Source: Auanema rhodensis (Eukaryota; Animalia; Nematoda). From it: a stretch of DNA of 64,000 nucleotides. Made by a program: the position numbers and the translations under genes. The notes below the pieces were generated by a model. That model was not told where the DNA came from and ran no database searches. It worked only from the letters and a program-made list of their open reading frames with translations. Positions 57,301 to 64,000 of the stretch are shown here, piece after piece. Within the stretch, counting starts at the first letter, position 1, and each line of letters opens with the position of its first letter. The stretch spans positions 20,832,001-20,896,000 of the forward strand of contig OZ059896.1 in the NCBI GenBank assembly GCA_964057225.1. The letters run 5' to 3'.

Positions 57301-60300
57301 GATATAAGTGTGAACTTATATCAGTTGATATCTCGGTGCATTTCTAAGCTAGCGCAAATCTGATAACACAGATCGACGCAGCTTAAAAATCCGCATCGAA
57401 TGCACTATACTACATTGAGAAACGCTTGATACAAAAATTAGTTATGATCGTTTGAAAAATGATGCATTAGTGTATGTTGAGTTTCCATGTACACTCAACA
57501 TTGCTTCCAAAAACATTTTGACAAAAATTTTTTCGAAAAATTTCAAAATAATTTAGCAAAAAGTAGATGTTTTTAGATTCCATTTTTCAAGGCAAAGACG
57601 ATAGACAATGTTATTCAACGAAAAAATTAATTCTTCAGGGTGAAAATCGAGGATATAAGTGTAAACTTATATCAGTTGATATCTCGGTGCATTTTCAAGC
57701 TAGCGCAAATCTGATAACACAGATCGACGCAGCTTAAAAATCCGCATCGAATGCACTATACTACATTGAGAAACGCTTGATACAAAAATTAGTTATGATC
57801 GTTTGAAAAATGATGCATTAGTGTATGTTGAGTTTCCATGTACACTCAACATTGCTTCCAAAAACATTTTGACAAAAATTTTTTCGAAAAATTTCAAAAT
57901 AATTTAGCAAAAAGTAGATGTTTTTAGATTCCATTTTTCAAGGCAAAGACGATAGACAATGTTATTCAACGAAAAAATTAATTCTTCAGGGTGAAAATCG
58001 AGGATATAAGTGTGAACTTATATCAGTTGATATCTCGGTGCATTTTTAAGCTAGCGCAAATCTGATAACACAGATCGACGCAGCTTAAAAATCCGCATCG
58101 AATGCACTATACTACATTGAGAAACGCTTAATACACAAATTAGTTATGATCGTTTGAAAAATGATGCATTAGTGTATGTTGAGTTTCCATGTACACTCAA
58201 CATTGCTTCCAAAAACAGTTTGACAAAAATTTTTTCGAAAAATTTCAAAATAATTTAGCAAAAAGTAGATGTTTTTAGATTTCTTTTTTCAAGGCAAAGA
58301 CGATGGACAATGTTATTCAACGAAAAAATTAATTCTTCAGGGTGAAAATCGAGGATATAAGTGTGAACTTATATCAGTTGATATCTCGGTGCATTTTCAA
58401 GCTAGCGCAAATCTGATAACACAGATCGACGCAGCTTAAAAATCCGCATCGAATGCACTATACTACATTGAGAAACGCTTGATACAAAAATTAGTTATGA
58501 TCGTTTGAAAAATGATGCATTAGTGTATGTTGAGTTTCCATGTACACTCAACATTGCTTCCAAAAACATTTTGACAAAAATTTTTTCGAAAAATTTCAAA
58601 ATAATTTAGCAAAAAGTAGATGTTTTTAGATTCCATTTTTCAAGGCAAAGACGATAGACAATGTTATTCAACGAAAAAATTAATTCTTCAGGGTGAAAAT
58701 CGAGGATATAAGTGTAAACTTATATCAGTTGATATCTCGGTGCATTTTCAAGCTAGCGCAAATCTGATAACACAGATCGACGCAGCTTAAAAATCCGCAT
58801 CGAATGCACTATACTACATTGAGAAACGCTTGATACAAAAATTAGTTATGATCGTTTGAAAAATGATGCATTAGTGTATGTTGAGTTTCCATGTACACTC
58901 AACATTGCTTCCAAAAACATTTTGACAAAAATTTTTTCGAAAAATTTCAAAATAATTTAGCAAAAAGTAGATGTTTTTAGATTCCATTTTTCAAGGCAAA
59001 GACGATAGACAATGTTATTCAACGAAAAAATTAATTCTTCAGGGTGAAAATCGAGGATATAAGTGTGAACTTATATCAGTTGATATCTCGGTGCATTTTT
59101 AAGCTAGCGCAAATCTGATAACACAGATCGACGCAGCTTAAAAATCCGCATCGAATGCACTATACTACATTGAGAAACGCTTAATACACAAATTAGTTAT
59201 GATCGTTTGAAAAATGATGCATTAGTGTATGTTGAGTTTCCATGTACACTCAACATTGCTTCCAAAAACATTTTGACAAAAATTTTTTCGAAATATTTCA
59301 AAATAATTTAGCAAAAAGTAGATGTTTTTAGATTCCATTTTTCAAGGCAAAGACGATAGACAATGTTATTCAACGAAAAAATTAATTCTTCAGGGTGAAA
59401 ATCGAGGATATATGTGTGAACTTATATCAGTTGATATCTCGGTGCATTTTTAAGCTAGCGCAAATCTGATAACACAGTTCGACGCAGCTTAAAAATCCAC
59501 ATCGAATGCACTTTACTACATTGAGAAACGCTTGATACAAAAATTAGTTATGATCGTTTGAAAAATGATGCATTAGTGTATGTTGAGTTTCCATGTACAC
59601 TCAACATTGCTTCCAAAAACATTTTGACAAAAATTTTTTCGAAAAATTTCAAAATAATTTAGCAAAAAGTAGATGTTTTTAGATTCCTTTTTTCAAGGCA
59701 AAGACGATAGACAATGTTATTCAACGAAAAAATTAATTCTTCAGGGTGAAAATCGAGGATATAAGTGTGAACTTATATCAGTTGATATCTCGGTGCATTT
59801 CTAAGCTAGCGCAAATCTGATAACACAGATCGACGCAGCTTAAAAATCCGCATCGAATGCACTATACTACATTGAGAAACGCTTGATACAAAAATTAGTT
59901 ATGATCGTTTGAAAAATGATGCATTAGTGTATGTTGAGTTTCCATGTACACTCAACATTGCTTCCAAAAACATTTTGACAAAAATTTTTTCGAAAAATTT
60001 CAAAATAATTTAGCAAAAAGTAGATGTTTTTAGATTCCATTTTTCAAGGCAAAGACGATAGACAATGTTATTCAACGAAAAAATTAATTCTTCAGGGTGA
60101 AAATCGAGGATATAAGTGTGAACTTATATCAGTTGATATCTCGGTGCATTTTTAAGCTAGCGCAAATCTGATAACACAGATCGACGCAGCTTAAAAATCC
60201 GCATCGAATGCACTATACTACATTGAGAAACGCTTAATACACAAATTAGTTATGATCGTTTGAAAAATGATGCATTAGTGTATGTTGAGTTTCCATGTAC

Positions 60301-62469
60301 ACTCAACATTGCTTCCAAAAACAGTTTGACAAAAATTTTTTCGAAAAATTTCAAAATAATTTAGCAAAAAGTAGATGTTTTTAGATTTCTTTTTTCAAGG
60401 CAAAGACGATGGACAATGTTATTCAACGAAAAAATTAATTCTTCAGGGTGAAAATCGAGGATATAAGTGTGAACTTATATCAGTTGATATCTCGGTGCAT
60501 TTTTAAGCTAGCGCAAATCTGATAACACAGATCGACGCAGCTTAAAAATCCGCATCGAATGCACTATACTACATTGAGAAACGCTTGATACAAAAATTAG
60601 TTATGATCGTTTGAAAAATGATGCATTAGTGTATGTTGAGTTTCCATGTACACTCAACATTGCTTCCAAAAACATTTTGACAAAAATTTTTTCGAAAAAT
60701 TTCAAAATAATTTAGCAAGAAGTAGATGTTTTTAGATTTCTTTTTTCAAGGCAAAGACGATGGACAATGTTATTCAACGAAAAAATTAATTCTTCAGGGT
60801 GAAAATCGAGGATATAAGTGTGAACTTATATCAGTTGATATCTCGGTGCATTTCTAAGCTAGCGCAAATCTGATAACACAGATCGACGCAGCTTAAAAAT
60901 CCGCATCGAATGCACTATACTACATTGAGAAACGCTTGATACAAAAATTAGTTATGATCGTTTGAAAAATGATGCATTAGTGTATGTTGAGTTTCCATGT
61001 ACACTCAACATTGCTTCCAAAAACATTTTGACAAAAATTTTTTCGAAAAATTTCGAAATAATTTAGCAAAAAGTAGATGTTTTTAGATTCCATTTCTCAA
61101 GGCAAAGACGATAGACAATGTTATTCAACGAAAAAATTAATTCTTCAGGGTGAAAATCGAGGATATAAGTGTGAACTTATATCAGTTGATATCTCGGTGC
61201 ATTTCTAAGCTAGCGCAAATCTGATAACACAGATCGACGCAGCTTAAAAATCCGCATCGAATGCACTATACTACATTGAGAAACGCTTGATACAAAAATT
61301 AGTTATGATCGTTTGAAAAATGATGCATTAGTGTATGTTGAGTTTCCATGTACACTCAACATTGCTTCCAAAAACATTTTGACAAAAATTTTTTCGAAAA
61401 ATTTCAAAATAATTTAGCAAAAAGTAGATGTTTTTAGATTCCATTTTTCAAGGCAAAGACGATAGACAATGTTATTCAACGAAAAAATTAATTCTTCAGG
61501 GTGAAAATCGAGGATATAAGTGTAAACTTATATCAGTTGATATCTCGGTGCATTTTCAAGCTAGCGCAAATCTGATAACACAGATCGACGCAGCTTAAAA
61601 ATCCGCATCGAATGCACTATACTACATTGAGAAACGCTTGATACAAAAATTAGTTATGATCGTTTGAAAAATGATGCATTAGTGTATGTTGAGTTTCCAT
61701 GTACACTCAACATTGCTTCCAAAAACATTTTGACAAAAATTTTTTCGAAAAATTTCAAAATAATTTAGCAAAAAGTAGATGTTTTTAGATTCCATTTTTC
61801 AAGGCAAAGACGATAGACAATGTTATTCAACGAAAAAATTAATTCTTCAGGGTGAAAATCGAGGATATAAGTGTGAACTTATATCAGTTGATATCTCGGT
61901 GCATTTTTAAGCTAGCGCAAATCTGATAACACAGATCGACGCAGCTTAAAAATCCGCATCGAATGCACTATACTACATTGAGAAACGCTTAATACACAAA
62001 TTAGTTATGATCGTTTGAAAAATGATGCATTAGTGTATGTTGAGTTTCCATGTACACTCAACATTGCTTCCAAAAACAGTTTGACAAAAATTTTTTCGAA
62101 AAATTTCAAAATAATTTAGCAAAAAGTAGATGTTTTTAGATTTCTTTTTTCAAGGCAAAGACGATGGACAATGTTATTCAACGAAAAAATTAATTCTTCA
62201 GGGTGAAAATCGAGGATATAAGTGTGAACTTATATCAGTTGATATCTCGGTGCATTTTTAAGCTAGCGCAAATCTGATAACACAGATCGACGCAGCTTAA
62301 AAATCCGCATCGAATGCACTATACTACATTGAGAAACGCTTGATACAAAAATTAGTTATGATCGTTTGAAAAATGATGCATTAGTGTATGTTGAGTTTCC
62401 ATGTACACTCAACATTGCTTCCAAAAACATTTTGACAAAAATTTTTTCGAAAAATTTCAAAATAATTTA

Positions 62470-63873
62470 GCAAAAAGTAGATGTTTTTAGATTCCATTTT
62501 TCAAGGCAAAGACGATAGACAATGTTATTCAACGAAAAAATTAATTCTTCAGGGTGAAAATCGAGGATATATGTGTGAACTTATATCAGTTGATATCTCG
62601 GTGCATTTTTAAGCTAGCGCAAATCTGATAACACAGTTCGACGCAGCTTAAAAATCCACATCGAATGCACTTTACTACATTGAGAAACGCTTGATACAAA
62701 AATTAGTTATGATCGTTTGAAAAATGATGCATTAGTGTATGTTGAGTTTCCATGTACACTCAACATTGCTTCCAAAAACATTTTGACAAAAATTTTTTCG
62801 AAAAATTTCAAAATAATTTAGCAAAAAGTAGATGTTTTTAGATTCCTTTTTTCAAGGCAAAGACGATAGACAATGTTATTCAACGAAAAAAATAATTCTT
62901 CAGGGTGAAAATCGAGGATATAAGTGTGAACTTATATCAGTTGATATCTCGGTGCATTTCTAAGCTAGCGCAAATCTGATAACACAGATCGACGCAGCTT
63001 AAAAATCCGCATCGAATGCACTATACTACATTGAGAAACGCTTGATACAAAAATTAGTTATGATCGTTTGAAAAATGATGCATTAGTGTATGTTGAGTTT
63101 CCATGTACACTCAACATTGCTTCCAAAAACATTTTGACAAAAATTTTTTCGAAAAATTTCAAAATAATTTAGCAAAAAGTAGATGTTTTTAGATTCCATT
63201 TTTCAAGGCAAAGACGATAGACAATGTTATTCAACGAAAAAATTAATTCTTCAGGGTGAAAATCGAGGATATATGTGTGAACTTATATCAGTTGATATCT
63301 CGGTGCATTTTTAAGCTAGCGCAAATCTGATAACACAGTTCGACGCAGCTTAAAAATCCACATCGAATGCACTTTACTACATTGAGAAACGCTTGATACA
63401 AAAATTAGTTATGATCGTTTGAAAAATGATGCATTAGTGTATGTTGAGTTTCCATGTACACTCAACATTGCTTCCAAAAACATTTTGACAAAAATTTTTT
63501 CGAAAAATTTCAAAATAATTTAGCAAAAAGTAGATGTTTTTAGATTCCTTTTTTCAAGGCAAAGACGATAGACAATGTTATTCAACGAAAAAAATAATTC
63601 TTCAGGGTGAAAATCGAGGATATAAGTGTGAACTTATATCAGTTGATATCTCGGTGCATTTCTAAGCTAGCGCAAATCTGATAACACAGATCGACGCAGC
63701 TTAAAAATCCGCATCGAATGCACTATACTACATTGAGAAACGCTTGATACAAAAATTAGTTATGATCGTTTGAAAAATGATGCATTAGTGTATGTTGAGT
63801 TTCCATGTACACTCAACATTGCTTCCAAAAACATTTTGACAAAAATTTTTTCGAAAAATTTCAAAATAATTTA
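62470..63873 (+). repeat. Dimer duplication (M179-180 = M181-182, period 702 bp)
   Basis: [A103T, A168T, G189A, A203T] followed by [A27T, T72A, T140C], twice. Confidence 0.88.
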
Positions 63874-64000
63874 GCAAAAAGTAGATGTTTTTAGATTCCA
63901 TTTTTCAAGGCAAAGACGATAGACAATGTTATTCAACGAAAAAATTAATTCTTCAGGGTGAAAATCGAGGATATAAGTGTGAACTTATATCAGTTGATAT

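Larger units (their letters stand above)
1..64000 (+). repeat. Tandem satellite DNA array, 351-bp monomer, 182 full copies plus 1 partial; runs off both window edges
   Basis: GCAAAAAGTAGATG recurs at 1, 352, 703 ... 62821, 63172, 63523, 63874. 182x351 minus nine 1-bp deletions = 63873, which matches the last start at 63874 exactly, so there is no net inserted sequence. Confidence 0.99.

Noticed and set aside
1-64000. CRISPR-like or other repeat-spacer array
   Set aside because: There are no unique spacers. The entire 351-bp unit is repeated and no cas or other genes are present.
1-64000. Repeat-protein coding array (351 is divisible by 3)
   Set aside because: The ORF track shows no long frame on either strand, and 1-bp deletions are tolerated and amplified.

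Overview
The whole window is one uninterrupted head-to-tail array of an AT-rich (about 31% GC, hand count) 351-bp satellite monomer. There are 182 complete copies plus a 127-bp partial copy, all in one orientation. By hand comparison, copies differ from consensus by only a few substitutions (up to 8). The only length variation is nine 1-bp deletions; there are no insertions and no interrupting sequence. I find no credible gene, RNA gene, transposon ORF or CRISPR array. The single 79-aa ORF is a chance read-through in one monomer. The array looks like eukaryotic (peri)centromeric or heterochromatic satellite, and the lack of CpG depletion would fit an invertebrate, but I cannot name the species or family. 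What is interesting is structural: (1) each monomer is packed with dyad symmetries; (2) three separate variants in one small stem all turn G·T wobbles into Watson-Crick pairs; (3) variant patterns reveal local higher-order repeats (2- to 9-mers) built on a recurring cryptic 3-4-mer; (4) alleles turn over along the array. I see no evidence for a new protein-based system. 'mN' means position N within the monomer as phased on window base 1, and 'M#' is the monomer number. All variant calls were read by eye.
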